Program-made: the position numbers and the translations under genes | In this document: one piece after another, positions 20,132 to 29,635 of the stretch | How positions within the stretch are numbered: position 1 is the first letter of the stretch | Layout of the letters: each line of letters opens with the position of its first letter | The notes under the pieces: model-generated | Seen by the model: only the letters and a program-made list of their open reading frames with translations | The model's database searches: none | What the model was told of the DNA's origin: nothing | Source of the DNA: an uncultured virus (IMG/VR IMGVR_UViG_3300008113_011532) | Lineage: Duplodnaviria; Heunggongvirae; Uroviricota; Caudoviricetes | Virus record (IMG/VR): IMGVR_UViG_3300008113_011532 | DNA: 64,000 nucleotides | Direction: 5' to 3' (one strand)

Positions 20132-20749
20132 ATGATAGTAGGTTTCGAAGATTACAAACACGAATACGATTTCAAAGTCACCGGCGTGATACACGTAGGC
20201 GCTCACTACGGGCAGGAGTACGAAGACTACATAAAGAACTTCGGCGAGGGAATAAAGACACACTGGTTCGAGCCACTCGAAGAACCCTACAACAAACTGG
20301 TAGAGAAGCTATCTCACGACACAAACGCCAAAACCTACAAGCTAGCACTCGGAGACGAGATAGGAACCGCCACAATACACGTGGACTCGGGCAACGAGGG
20401 ACAAAGCTCGTCGCTGCTCAAGCCGGCTATGCACAGAGAGATTTTCCAGCACATAACGTTCGAAAACACAGAGACCGTCGACGTGGCCAGGCTGGACGAC
20501 TTCAACATAACAGACTGCAACGTGCTGGCGCTCGACGTGCAAGGCAACGAGCTTGCGGTGCTGGAAGGTGGCAGAAAGACACTCGAGAACATAGACTACG
20601 TGTTCACAGAGTTCAACACAGTGGAGATGTACGAGGGCTGCCCGTCACTAGACGACCTGGACGCGCTACTCATACCACTGGGCTTCGAGAGGGTCCAGAC
20701 CTGGTACACGCAGCACCACTGGGGCGACGCCTTCTACCTCAAGAGATAA
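20132..20749 (+). CDS. FkbM-family methyltransferase
   Basis: VIHVGAHYGQE, FEP, SSSLL, LDVQGNELAVLEG, WGDAFY. Confidence 0.9.
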   Translation: MIVGFEDYKHEYDFKVTGVIHVGAHYGQEYEDYIKNFGEGIKTHWFEPLEEPYNKLVEKLSHDTNAKTYKLALGDEIGTATIHVDSGNEGQSSSLLKPAMHREIFQHITFENTETVDVARLDDFNITDCNVLALDVQGNELAVLEGGRKTLENIDYVFTEFNTVEMYEGCPSLDDLDALLIPLGFERVQTWYTQHHWGDAFYLKR

Positions 20750-21302
20750 TACTCGAGATCCTCATATCACGCCACTCGGCAGGATAATCCTTACTCACGA
20801 AAAACACGTTCACCCAGATTGATTTGCCGGACTCGGCATCACTCACGTTCTGCCACCAGTTGTTGGGAACCCTACACAGAAAACCCGAGTAGAGGCAGTT
20901 CGCGAAGTCTACCTTCCTTCCCCAGTCGTTGTAGGTGCCACTCGGCCCGACTACCCACCACTCACCCCCGTGGAAAAGTACACCATCGACCACCTCTACC
21001 ATGGTAAGCGTCGCGACTTTGTGACGTTCCACCGTAACACCGGACTGGTAAGTACCCCACCTGGAAAACAACTTAAGATAAGCGACTGCCTGCTCCCGGC
21101 AAGTCCAGTCCACATGAACCTGTGGAGAGGAACGGTAAACAACTGGCGCTCCGGACTCCATCTCACGCAAGACGCGACGCCACGACTTCCTGGTACCGTC
21201 CTTGAAGAACACGTTGAAAACAGAGGTTCGACGGACTTCCTTACCGTCGAACAAGTCGCCAGGCTCGAGAAAATTTCTGTCGTTAATAGGTCTCAAAAAC
21301 AT
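20739..21302 (-). CDS. C-tagged hypothetical protein
   Basis: Ends WRDMRISSIIS; TAGCTTTG 5 nt upstream on the minus strand. Confidence 0.7.
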   Translation of the reverse strand: MFLRPINDRNFLEPGDLFDGKEVRRTSVFNVFFKDGTRKSWRRVLREMESGAPVVYRSSPQVHVDWTCREQAVAYLKLFSRWGTYQSGVTVERHKVATLTMVEVVDGVLFHGGEWWVVGPSGTYNDWGRKVDFANCLYSGFLCRVPNNWWQNVSDAESGKSIWVNVFFVSKDYPAEWRDMRISSIIS

Positions 21303-21389
21303 AAAGACAAAGCTAGCGAAAAATCCGGTCGTGACAAAGAGTGTGTATGTATATCATGATGTTGCATTAACCTTTTTATATATACTCGT

Positions 21390-22667
21390 ATGAGAAAGCT
21401 AAAGACGTACGAGATGTTCATGCTGAACGAGATGCACCTCATCTTCGAGGAGGACTTCTTCGACACCTTACAGATAATAAGCAAAAACCACCAGGACAAG
21501 GTCGCGGCGGCGCTTATGAAGCTAGGCGGAGGAGACTTCGAGAAGCTTAGACAGACCTACATCGGACTATCCCGGGAGCTAGGCAAGGCGAGCTTCACAA
21601 ACCACCCGGCAGGCGACAAGAAGCAGCTCGGAAACATCGGTAAGATAGTCAACTCGATCATCAAGGCGGTCAGGCACTGGATCGACGAGCACAGCCTGGA
21701 CGACCCGTTCGCGGACGTCACAGAGGAGGACGTCTACAAGTTCGTCACCAGGTACAAAGGAGAGCAGCAGCTCGCGCAGGACATGCAGAAGTACCTCGAG
21801 GTCGTAGACGGCGAGGAAATCAGGAAGTTCTACAACCTGAACAACTACTACAACCTCGAGGGCGATCTCGGAAAGTCGTGCATGAGGCACGCGCACAAGT
21901 CCGGCTACTTCGACCTTTACGCGGACAATCCAGACGTCTGCAAGATGCTCATACTCAAGTCACCGGAAGACGAGACTAAGATAGTCGGAAGGGCGATACT
22001 CTGGACCGACGCGGCAATCTACTCAAACAAGGGCTACCAGATGAAGTACGAGAAGCAGGGCAAGCTCATGGACAGGATCTACACCAACGAGGAGTCGCTC
22101 ATAAACGTCTTCAAGAACTGGGCAAACGACAACGGATACTACTACAAAGAAAACCAGGACAACGACGAAAGCTTCACTGCCATATACGACGGCAGGGAGG
22201 ATGAGACCGCCAAGTACTTCGTCGTCGAGGTCGGAAGCGAGCACTACAGCGAGTGGCCATACATGGACACGCTCAAGTATTTCTTCAAGGACAACATGAT
22301 CATAAGTAACAACGACGGCTACTTCGGCACCGAGTACGACATGAAAATCGAGGAGATGGACGGAAGCTGCGACTGCCGGCACTGCGAGGGAGGCAAAAAG
22401 CTCTGCCCGGACTGCCACAAAGGAATGCAGGAGTGTGGCGACTGCGACGGCAGAGGAGAACACCAGTGCGGAGTATGCGACGGAGACGGAGAGGTCGAGA
22501 TAGAGGACGGCGAGGGCCAGGCCGAGACGGTCGAGTGCGAGGAGTGCGGCGGCAGGGGCAGCATCGAGTGCGAGTACTGCAACGGAGACGGGAACGTAGA
22601 GTGCGACACATGCAGTGGAAACTACGACGACGAGAGCTGCGAGTACTGCGAGGGAACCGGAAAATAA
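21390..22667 (+). CDS. N-tagged protein, SCMR/GRAILW/MDRIY/PYMDT family, with extended Zn finger
   Basis: MRKLKTYEMF; eight CxxC pairs at the C-terminus. Confidence 0.85.
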   Translation: MRKLKTYEMFMLNEMHLIFEEDFFDTLQIISKNHQDKVAAALMKLGGGDFEKLRQTYIGLSRELGKASFTNHPAGDKKQLGNIGKIVNSIIKAVRHWIDEHSLDDPFADVTEEDVYKFVTRYKGEQQLAQDMQKYLEVVDGEEIRKFYNLNNYYNLEGDLGKSCMRHAHKSGYFDLYADNPDVCKMLILKSPEDETKIVGRAILWTDAAIYSNKGYQMKYEKQGKLMDRIYTNEESLINVFKNWANDNGYYYKENQDNDESFTAIYDGREDETAKYFVVEVGSEHYSEWPYMDTLKYFFKDNMIISNNDGYFGTEYDMKIEEMDGSCDCRHCEGGKKLCPDCHKGMQECGDCDGRGEHQCGVCDGDGEVEIEDGEGQAETVECEECGGRGSIECEYCNGDGNVECDTCSGNYDDESCEYCEGTGK

Positions 22668-22675
22668 CAAACGCA

Positions 22676-23203
22676 ATGAGGATAAGAAACTGGAAAGAGT
22701 TTATAAAAGAGGACCTTCAAGAAATCGAGGAAGACGGAAGGCTGCAGACGATAAAGTACGCATTCACCGAGTTCACCGACGAAGGCGAATGGACCGACTT
22801 CAACGTAGACCACGAGTACTTCCCTTACGGAAACGGTGAGGACGAACAGGATCCGTACGAGACCATCGAGATAACTTTGAACAAGCGCCTCAGCGTCTCG
22901 CACGACTTCAGCGAAAGAGACCTTACGATGGGCGAGAAGACCCAGATGATATCGTTCAAAGGCGTCATCGAAGACGGCCGTCCATTCCCGCCGAAGGTCT
23001 TCTACATAACAAACGTCAGCCACCGCAGGGAGGCGAACGTTAACGAGCAGGAGATATTCGACAACGAGCGTGAGATACTCGACATGCTAGAGGACGCGTG
23101 CGGCAAGATCTGCTCCGAGCTCGAAATGCAGTGCGCGTACCTTCTCACCGTACACCGTTCGATGTACTCAATCAATGCACACTTCTGGAAGTACGAAGAT
23201 TAA
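22676..23203 (+). CDS. N-tagged hypothetical protein, paralog of 6391..6897
   Basis: MRIRNWKEFIKE; IKYAFTEFTDEG; KGVIEDGR; LEDAC. Confidence 0.8.
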   Translation: MRIRNWKEFIKEDLQEIEEDGRLQTIKYAFTEFTDEGEWTDFNVDHEYFPYGNGEDEQDPYETIEITLNKRLSVSHDFSERDLTMGEKTQMISFKGVIEDGRPFPPKVFYITNVSHRREANVNEQEIFDNEREILDMLEDACGKICSELEMQCAYLLTVHRSMYSINAHFWKYED

Positions 23204-23213
23204 TTTAAACAAT

Positions 23214-23564
23214 ATGAGTAAGGAAATGCGAAAAATGATAGATAAAGTCAAAAACTATAAACAATTCATTAAGGAAGAATATGATGAAGAAAACGAACAT
23301 TACGGAATGTGGTTACATGGGGGGACTGGTAGTTTCAAAGATGGAAATTTTTTATACGTTACAGATGAATTAGATGAGGCGTTACATTATGCGAGATTGA
23401 AGGGCGGTAATGTATATAAATTAAAAGATGAATATAATTACATTGTTGATTGGGCGATGGGACAAAGTGAAGGTATGATTTCACAAGAAAAGTTAATTGA
23501 AAGCGGTGGGTTTAATAATGTGTTTGAATTGTTCATTGATTTAAAAGGGAAGGAAAAATTTTAA
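23214..23564 (+). CDS. AT-rich N-tagged protein, possible ADP-ribosyltransferase-like fold
   Basis: VKNYKQFIKEE; WLHGGT...LYVTDELDEALHYA. Confidence 0.6.
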   Translation: MSKEMRKMIDKVKNYKQFIKEEYDEENEHYGMWLHGGTGSFKDGNFLYVTDELDEALHYARLKGGNVYKLKDEYNYIVDWAMGQSEGMISQEKLIESGGFNNVFELFIDLKGKEKF

Positions 23565-23633
23565 AAAGTTTTACACGGAACTTAATTAGGAAGTAAATAT
23601 TTTATTCGTATATTTGTAGAAAAATACGAAGAG

Positions 23634-23885
23634 ATGAGCCTTACATTAGACAAAGTCAAGATCGGTCGCAAGGAGTACGACGTGAAATCAGGAGACTACA
23701 TACTTTACAACGGAGCTGTCTACCAGTTCTGCGCTGGAGACAAGAGAACGCTGAAGCAGCAAGGCTTCGACACGTTCAACTCACTGCAGCTTCCGGCAAC
23801 TATGGTGAAGAAACTGCCGTTCATCAGGATGGCGAAGGTCAGCTTCAGCCGAGACGGCGTCGACATGACGAAGTGGTACTTCTAA
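23634..23885 (+). CDS. Hypothetical protein
   Basis: 83-aa ORF; TATATTTG at 23609-23616. Confidence 0.75.
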   Translation: MSLTLDKVKIGRKEYDVKSGDYILYNGAVYQFCAGDKRTLKQQGFDTFNSLQLPATMVKKLPFIRMAKVSFSRDGVDMTKWYF

Positions 23886-23913
23886 ACAAACCGAAAAACA
23901 GGACTATAAATAC

Positions 23914-24004
23914 CGTTCTTTGTTAGAAAACAAAGTGGTGGATGGTAGCGCACGGAAATCCGTCGCGCGGCCCCTCGTGAAAAGGCACTTTTTAGTGTCT
24001 TTTC
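23914..24004 (+). ncRNA. Candidate small structured RNA
   Basis: TAAAC-N17-TATAA upstream, hairpins CTTTGTT/AACAAAG and GCGCACGGA/TCCGTCGCGC, terminator GAAAAGGCAC/GTGTCTTTTC; no ORF. Confidence 0.4.
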
Positions 24005-24029
24005 CGGTTTAAAGCGCTATATTTACACC

Positions 24030-24275
24030 ATGAAACTATCGGAGATATACAAAACAAAAGGCGTGCTGCTCGACTCGGAGCACGAAATAAGGGTCGTAAA
24101 GGAAAGCATGATACCCGAGAAATGGAAGAAAGAATTCAACCAGTTCATGTTCGGGCAGACCTGCGTTATGATGGCCGACGGAGACACCGCCTACTACTTC
24201 CTGGACTTCTTGATCTGGTACAACGAGAACAAGACGCGAATACTGCGAGACGAGGCCATAGATGACATATTGTGA
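24030..24275 (+). CDS. C-tagged hypothetical protein
   Basis: FNQFMFGQTC; ends LRDEAIDDIL. Confidence 0.75.
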   Translation: MKLSEIYKTKGVLLDSEHEIRVVKESMIPEKWKKEFNQFMFGQTCVMMADGDTAYYFLDFLIWYNENKTRILRDEAIDDIL

Positions 24276-24303
24276 AGTAGGTATAAAAAATAATTGAAAA
24301 GAT

Positions 24304-24540
24304 ATGAAACTGAAAAACTTAAAGAAAGAAAACTTTATAGAATTGTGTAAACTTAGGTTGAGACACGAAAGTAAAGATTTTACAGAAATAACTATTGAAG
24401 ATGATACATTTAGATACTTCAATGGTGTTTCTTTTATTGTAAAATCTGATAAATTTGCTGACTATCGTTTTTCAGTTTCTTTTGATATGTTTTATCCTGA
24501 TGAATTTATGTATTTGTTAGGATTAGGTGTTGAATTTTAA
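24304..24540 (+). CDS. AT-rich hypothetical protein
   Basis: 78-aa ORF, visibly lower GC than its flanks. Confidence 0.65.
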   Translation: MKLKNLKKENFIELCKLRLRHESKDFTEITIEDDTFRYFNGVSFIVKSDKFADYRFSVSFDMFYPDEFMYLLGLGVEF

Positions 24541-24589
24541 AATATTGAATATAATGGTTGCAAATATGAGAAGTAAATTTTACCTAAAC

Positions 24590-25933
24590 TTAGCTTAGGT
24601 ACTGCGATATGATTTCCTTCGAGAAGTCGTCGGTGTCAACGTCGCCGTGCTGGTCGCGCACGTAGATTCTGCTGGTCTCGACTTCCTTTTGAATCCACTC
24701 CAATGGCAGTCCTGACAACCCCAACCTCTTAATATCATCCAGCTCGTAGTCGTGGTTGTTGTGCAGATCGAGCAGGAACTTGTCATCAATCAGTATCCAG
24801 TAGAAGAAGATGTTGTACCATTTGCCGTTCCCACCCTTGAACTCGGATCTGTACTGATCTTTCTCGAACCAGAACACGTCATCCAGTTTATCGTCGAAGG
24901 CATCCTGTATGGCCTCGTCGTACTTGTCAGCCTGCGACTGGTCGGACCACGACTGCCAGTCCCTCCTTATATCATCGAACGTATCGCCACCGAAAGCTTC
25001 TGCAGCACTCACCAAAGTCGTTTCGAACCTCTCTCCAACAATCTCATCGACGACCTGCTCCTCGGTAAGGCCTTCCAGAACCAAATCAGTCTGAACCTCG
25101 GCCAGGAAAGGCTCGAGGCCTCCCGCCTCCTTGATGAGCCACTTGGCCAGCGCGCGCATGGCCTCATCGTTCAGGTGGTAGCGTATAAGCGAATCACCGT
25201 CTATTACGTAGTCGCTATGGTACATCTCAACCCCGCTCAGCAGCGAATCCGAGGAGACCTCGGAGCGGTCCCAGTCTATTATATTAGAAAGATCCTCTTG
25301 ATCGATCCTGACGTAGACAGATCCCTTCTCGGAAATCTTCACACCCGGCTTTCCGTCGTAGGATTTCCAGTCCTTGTCACATCCGTAGTATTCCAGGAAC
25401 TGCTCGCCCGTGAACTTTATTTTGTCCGTATACCAGCAGACGATGCAGACGTCGGTGAACTCCTCGACGTCCTCAACACGCGTAGAAAGCTGTCTGGTAA
25501 TCTCGCCGCCGTCGACCTTCACGTCCTCGCCATCGATCGCCCTGTACTCCTTCCAATCGTAGGAATTCGTATCGTTCAGCATTATCTCGCACTTCATGTC
25601 TAGCTCGGACTCGATCGTCGCCTTCGCGAAGTACAGCGCCTCGCTGATGTCTCCACCTGGCGCGTCCGGCGTCTCCGTAATCTGTATAACGTAGCACTCA
25701 TATGAGTCGTCGACAAGTATGTCGCTGAGAGCTTCTCGGGTCTTGTATCGCGGTCTCGACCACGATCCGACGTTCTCCGTTATCTCATTAATGAACATCC
25801 TGTGGAAATCTATGGTGTAGCCGTTGTCCGTGAACTCGGTCAGGTACCACTTGAAATCCTCGTCGCCGTGCCTCCACATCGACTTCTCCTCTGCCGACTC
25901 CCTTATGAAGTCAAAATACCTCTTCAGTCTCAT
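24590..25933 (-). CDS. N-tagged acidic protein, paralog of 6894..8219
   Basis: MRLKRYFDFIRES; YLTEFTDNG; EYYGC; YVRIDQEDL. Confidence 0.8.
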   Translation of the reverse strand: MRLKRYFDFIRESAEEKSMWRHGDEDFKWYLTEFTDNGYTIDFHRMFINEITENVGSWSRPRYKTREALSDILVDDSYECYVIQITETPDAPGGDISEALYFAKATIESELDMKCEIMLNDTNSYDWKEYRAIDGEDVKVDGGEITRQLSTRVEDVEEFTDVCIVCWYTDKIKFTGEQFLEYYGCDKDWKSYDGKPGVKISEKGSVYVRIDQEDLSNIIDWDRSEVSSDSLLSGVEMYHSDYVIDGDSLIRYHLNDEAMRALAKWLIKEAGGLEPFLAEVQTDLVLEGLTEEQVVDEIVGERFETTLVSAAEAFGGDTFDDIRRDWQSWSDQSQADKYDEAIQDAFDDKLDDVFWFEKDQYRSEFKGGNGKWYNIFFYWILIDDKFLLDLHNNHDYELDDIKRLGLSGLPLEWIQKEVETSRIYVRDQHGDVDTDDFSKEIISQYLS

Positions 25934-25934
25934 A

Positions 25935-26363
25935 TCATCTTATGTCAAATTTCGGGAACTCGTACCTGAGCGTGTCCTTTAGAACCTCAAGCATCTCGTC
26001 GCCCTCTGGAATCTCCTCGTCTCCATACCAGTCGCCTATCGAGTTGTTGGCGCCCTGCCTGAAAAGCATCACCGTGAAGTAAAGGCCGTAGTCCTCGACC
26101 TCGCCGTTAGCCGCCAGCTCGTCGACCAGGACGAAGAACCTGTCCTGGCTCTGATCCCTCTCGAAGTGCAGAACCTGGTGCACGTAGCCTTTATCAACAG
26201 CCGCGATGATTACAAGCTTCATACCACCCTCGACCTCCTCGTAGGTGCGCTCGACCGCCAGGTCCAGAAGCGAAACGACATCAGGAAACTCCTCGAGTGC
26301 CCCCCTGTACTCGTACTCGTGCGACTCCTTTATGTAATCGAAATACCTCTTCAGCCTCATCAT
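25935..26363 (-). CDS. N-tagged hypothetical protein
   Basis: MRLKRYFDYIKES; ERTY and YEFPKFDI shared with the neighbour. Confidence 0.8.
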   Translation of the reverse strand: MMRLKRYFDYIKESHEYEYRGALEEFPDVVSLLDLAVERTYEEVEGGMKLVIIAAVDKGYVHQVLHFERDQSQDRFFVLVDELAANGEVEDYGLYFTVMLFRQGANNSIGDWYGDEEIPEGDEMLEVLKDTLRYEFPKFDIR

Positions 26364-26770
26364 ATTATGTTGAATTTTGAAAACTCATAGTGCATCACGT
26401 CGTGCAGCTCCATCATCCTCGGATCCGAGGCCGGCAGGCTGTCGCCCCAGTTGTCACGCACGTCTATGTCGAAGACGAGCCTTTCGAGCACCGGTATGTC
26501 GACCCTCTTGCCCGATACGTAAGAGAAACCTATAATGTCTTTTGCACCGCTTCTTATTATGTACTCGAACACCTTCGCGAACATGCCCTCGTTCACACCA
26601 CCGAGCTTCCTCTTGACGAGGAGGAAAACGTTGTACCCGTCGTCGACGATGTCGTACGTCCTTTCTTTGAGGTGATTAATGAACTCAAGGATCTCTGGCC
26701 TTTCTGCCAAATCTGACTCACCCACGATAGATTCGCGTATGAACTGGTCGTATCTCGAAATTTTCTTCAT
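26360..26770 (-). CDS. N-tagged hypothetical protein, paralog of 25935..26363
   Basis: MKKISRYDQFIRES; ERTYDIVDDG; YEFSKFNI. Confidence 0.8.
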   Translation of the reverse strand: MKKISRYDQFIRESIVGESDLAERPEILEFINHLKERTYDIVDDGYNVFLLVKRKLGGVNEGMFAKVFEYIIRSGAKDIIGFSYVSGKRVDIPVLERLVFDIDVRDNWGDSLPASDPRMMELHDVMHYEFSKFNII

Positions 26771-26808
26771 ATATTCGTATATATATTAAAAGACAACCTT
26801 TAAAAACG

Positions 26809-27168
26809 ATGTGGTTCACAAGCAACAACAACATAGAGCTGAAGATGTACGAGGACTTCCCGTTCAGCGACAAGCACACCGTTGTCAGCACCTACGAGGA
26901 GGCCGACGTCATAACACTGCTCAAAGGTGAGGTGAACATTCCCGACGGCTCGATGGTCAAGATCAACTACATGCAAGCAAAGAAGTTCTTCACGATAGAC
27001 GGAGAGCTGGACGGCGGAGCCTCGTTCACGTCAGGAGAAGTTACATTGAATATCGATTACAGCGTAAACTACACACTAATAGGGCCGACGTACACCGTAT
27101 CGAACACGGACAGGATAGAAGACCTTCCGACGAAGCTAAGGGACATAAAGCTGAACAGGCTGATATAG
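26809..27168 (+). CDS. C-tagged hypothetical protein
   Basis: Ends LRDIKLNRLI. Confidence 0.7.
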   Translation: MWFTSNNNIELKMYEDFPFSDKHTVVSTYEEADVITLLKGEVNIPDGSMVKINYMQAKKFFTIDGELDGGASFTSGEVTLNIDYSVNYTLIGPTYTVSNTDRIEDLPTKLRDIKLNRLI

Positions 27169-27216
27169 TCAACAAAACAATTGCCAACATTTTCACTATC
27201 AGATAAAAAAACTACA

Positions 27217-27876
27217 GTGAAAACACTCGACCAAATTGCCATAGAAAACGGAACGGACAAAAGTTCTGCTATACACAACTACTGCGTCAAATATGAGAAG
27301 TATCTCAGATTCGACAGGCATCAACCAATAAAAATACTCGAAATAGGGGTATTGGACGGCGCATCATTGAGGACCTGGGCCGAGTTCTATCCGAACTCTA
27401 CGTTGATTGGTATAGACATTGACCCGCGCTGCAAAGCCTACGAGACAGACAGAATAAGAATAGAGATAGGGTCACAAGACGATCCAGACTTCCTCAGAGG
27501 TGTTGTCGAAAAATACGGAAACTTCGATATGATACTCGACGACGGATCGCATCTACAACGTCACGTCATAGCGTCATTTACACATCTTTTTGGTCACGTC
27601 GTTCCGGGCGGAAGCTACATAGTAGAGGACACGTGCTGCGCATACTGGCCGGACTCCGAAGGCGGATTTCGTATGCCAGGAACTTCAGTCGAGCTTTTCA
27701 AAAATCTCGTTGACGACGTAAACTTCTACGGATGTCTATCATCAAATCCAGAGATTTCACACGCACGACGAGAGGACCTGCTGGAAAATGCACCGTGTGT
27801 AAAAGCATCTAACTCACGAACAGACATTGAATCTATCAACTTCCTGAACTCGATAATAATAATAACGAAAAGATAA
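27217..27876 (+). CDS. Class I SAM-dependent (sugar O-)methyltransferase
   Basis: GTDKSS...HNY, ILEIGVLDGASL, GIDID, GSQDD, ILDDGSH, YIVED; GTG start inferred. Confidence 0.85.
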   Translation: MKTLDQIAIENGTDKSSAIHNYCVKYEKYLRFDRHQPIKILEIGVLDGASLRTWAEFYPNSTLIGIDIDPRCKAYETDRIRIEIGSQDDPDFLRGVVEKYGNFDMILDDGSHLQRHVIASFTHLFGHVVPGGSYIVEDTCCAYWPDSEGGFRMPGTSVELFKNLVDDVNFYGCLSSNPEISHARREDLLENAPCVKASNSRTDIESINFLNSIIIITKR

Positions 27877-27882
27877 AAAAAT

Positions 27883-27903
27883 GCCGACTAAGTCGGCTTT
27901 TTT
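27883..27903. terminator. Bidirectional terminator
   Basis: A-run, GCCGAC-TAA-GTCGGC, T-run between convergent genes. Confidence 0.7.
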
Positions 27904-28105
27904 ATTTCTGAAACTTCTCGAAGTAACCGATGTTTCTCATATACTCGAGGTAGTCCCTTTTACTGGTCATCTCGGACATAGCCTCGTTCAAACCCTGAAC
28001 GAACGCCTCGTACGATATTCTCTTCAACTTGAACTGACTCGTCAGATCCTCAATCTTCTTAGTCGACTTCTGTATAGCGACTACGTTTTTACTACCTGTG
28101 CTCAT
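27902..28105 (-). CDS. Hypothetical protein
   Basis: 67-aa ORF with TATATTTG upstream on the minus strand. Confidence 0.6.
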   Translation of the reverse strand: MSTGSKNVVAIQKSTKKIEDLTSQFKLKRISYEAFVQGLNEAMSEMTSKRDYLEYMRNIGYFEKFQK

Positions 28106-28139
28106 AATACCAATTTTCTACAAATATAAGCAAAATAAA

Positions 28140-28877
28140 TCACCTCACCACATAGTCCGCCATAGAAGCACCAGTGAAAGAAAAAACATACTGATCCTTC
28201 GTTGCGAAAAGTGTCGAATTACGGTCGTAGTTCCAGAAAAGCCAAATGTCCCAGCTGTGCCATCCGGTGGTCCTAATCTTCTCAAGCACGGTATCCCTTT
28301 CCGACTTCATAATAAGGTAGCAGTAGGCCGGCATGAAATGATCCACAAGCTTGTAGTCGCCCATATCAACCGCAGTGTCAGAATCCGCCGCGCGCGAAGT
28401 CCATCCATACCTGACGTCAGCGAAAGTGACCATCCTACCACCGTTCGAAAGTGCAAACTCGTATGCGTCATATATCTTGTCAGACATCTCAGACGGGGAA
28501 ACACGAAACTCGGTGTCACCCTCGATCAACAATATCGCGTCGAGATCATCAGAGAACTCTTCCAATATCGCCGAGCTGTGCGCCGTGTAGACACCGTAGT
28601 GTCCGTACGAAAGAGCCGGTGGCTGTCTCACCAGTTCGAGCGACGCGTCTATTATCGACGGGTCCGCACAAGTATCGACCGGAAGATCAGTCCTGTTCAC
28701 GAACGAGTACCTCTCGGTGTAAGCAGAAAACCTGCTGGATATCCTCCGCCAACAGTCGATGGAACCCTGCTGATTGTCCATTCTTGAAGTCCAAAGACTC
28801 TCGGGCAGGTCGGCACTCCACTCCGGCGCAAGTACCATATGAACGACCTTTATTCTCGGCCTTCTCGGCTTTTCCAT
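28140..28877 (-). CDS. Putative GT-A glycosyltransferase (GT25-like)
   Basis: GHYGVYTAHSSAI, ILLIEGD, AYCYLI, WDIWL. Confidence 0.6.
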   Translation of the reverse strand: MEKPRRPRIKVVHMVLAPEWSADLPESLWTSRMDNQQGSIDCWRRISSRFSAYTERYSFVNRTDLPVDTCADPSIIDASLELVRQPPALSYGHYGVYTAHSSAILEEFSDDLDAILLIEGDTEFRVSPSEMSDKIYDAYEFALSNGGRMVTFADVRYGWTSRAADSDTAVDMGDYKLVDHFMPAYCYLIMKSERDTVLEKIRTTGWHSWDIWLFWNYDRNSTLFATKDQYVFSFTGASMADYVVR

Positions 28878-28966
28878 AATAAAAACTTTTATCAATTATA
28901 TTCCGACAGAACGTGGTTGTTACACAAAACCAGTTTTTTATATATACTCAAAACGAACAAAACTAA

Positions 28967-29635
28967 ATGAGACACCTCAGGAAATTCAACGAAGACTTAG
29001 AGTCGAGTTCCAACCAGGACATTTCGGACCTCCAAGAAAGCCTTCTCGAGGTCAGCGACAGACTCGGCGAGGCGAAAATAAAAACGTTCCAAATAGGCAC
29101 CGAAACTGGATACGTCGTAACATACAACATACCAATCGCAACGATTGGCGAGATGACAACGGATGCCTTCTACGATGCAATCGACACGCTGTACTCAACC
29201 AAGGAGGACATACTACAGACCGCGGACAGGTTCGCGGACAGGTTCCAGACAACCCTATCGCAGACCGCTGGCAAGCTGAAGATCAGGCTCACGCCTACCA
29301 AGAAGCAGGAGGGCGGTTACAAGTTCATCGTGAAGGCAGAGGGCTGGGACGTCGAGATAAGCAAGTCCGAGCTGCGCAGGTGGGCGATGGACAACGCCAT
29401 TACGGTCACCAGAATAAAGCATGACGACGACGAGGGCAACGAAACTTGTGACCTGGAGATTAAGTTCTCAAGAAACCCAAGAGGACTCTTGGAACTACTT
29501 AGGGCAGAGAAAGAAGCGATACAGAGGAAACTAGGCGAGCTCGACAGGGAGTTCAACATAGACTACGCATACGGCGACGAAAACACAATATGGATAACGG
29601 CCGACGAAGAGAAAACGTTCATAACCGCCGTATGA
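28967..29635 (+). CDS. N-tagged hypothetical protein
   Basis: MRHLRKFNED; TATATATA at 28939-28946. Confidence 0.8.
   Translation: MRHLRKFNEDLESSSNQDISDLQESLLEVSDRLGEAKIKTFQIGTETGYVVTYNIPIATIGEMTTDAFYDAIDTLYSTKEDILQTADRFADRFQTTLSQTAGKLKIRLTPTKKQEGGYKFIVKAEGWDVEISKSELRRWAMDNAITVTRIKHDDDEGNETCDLEIKFSRNPRGLLELLRAEKEAIQRKLGELDREFNIDYAYGDENTIWITADEEKTFITAV

Noticed and set aside
19940..22667. dnaJ chaperone genes
   Set aside because: Only the CxxCxGxG zinc-finger repeats are present; there is no J domain or HPD motif.
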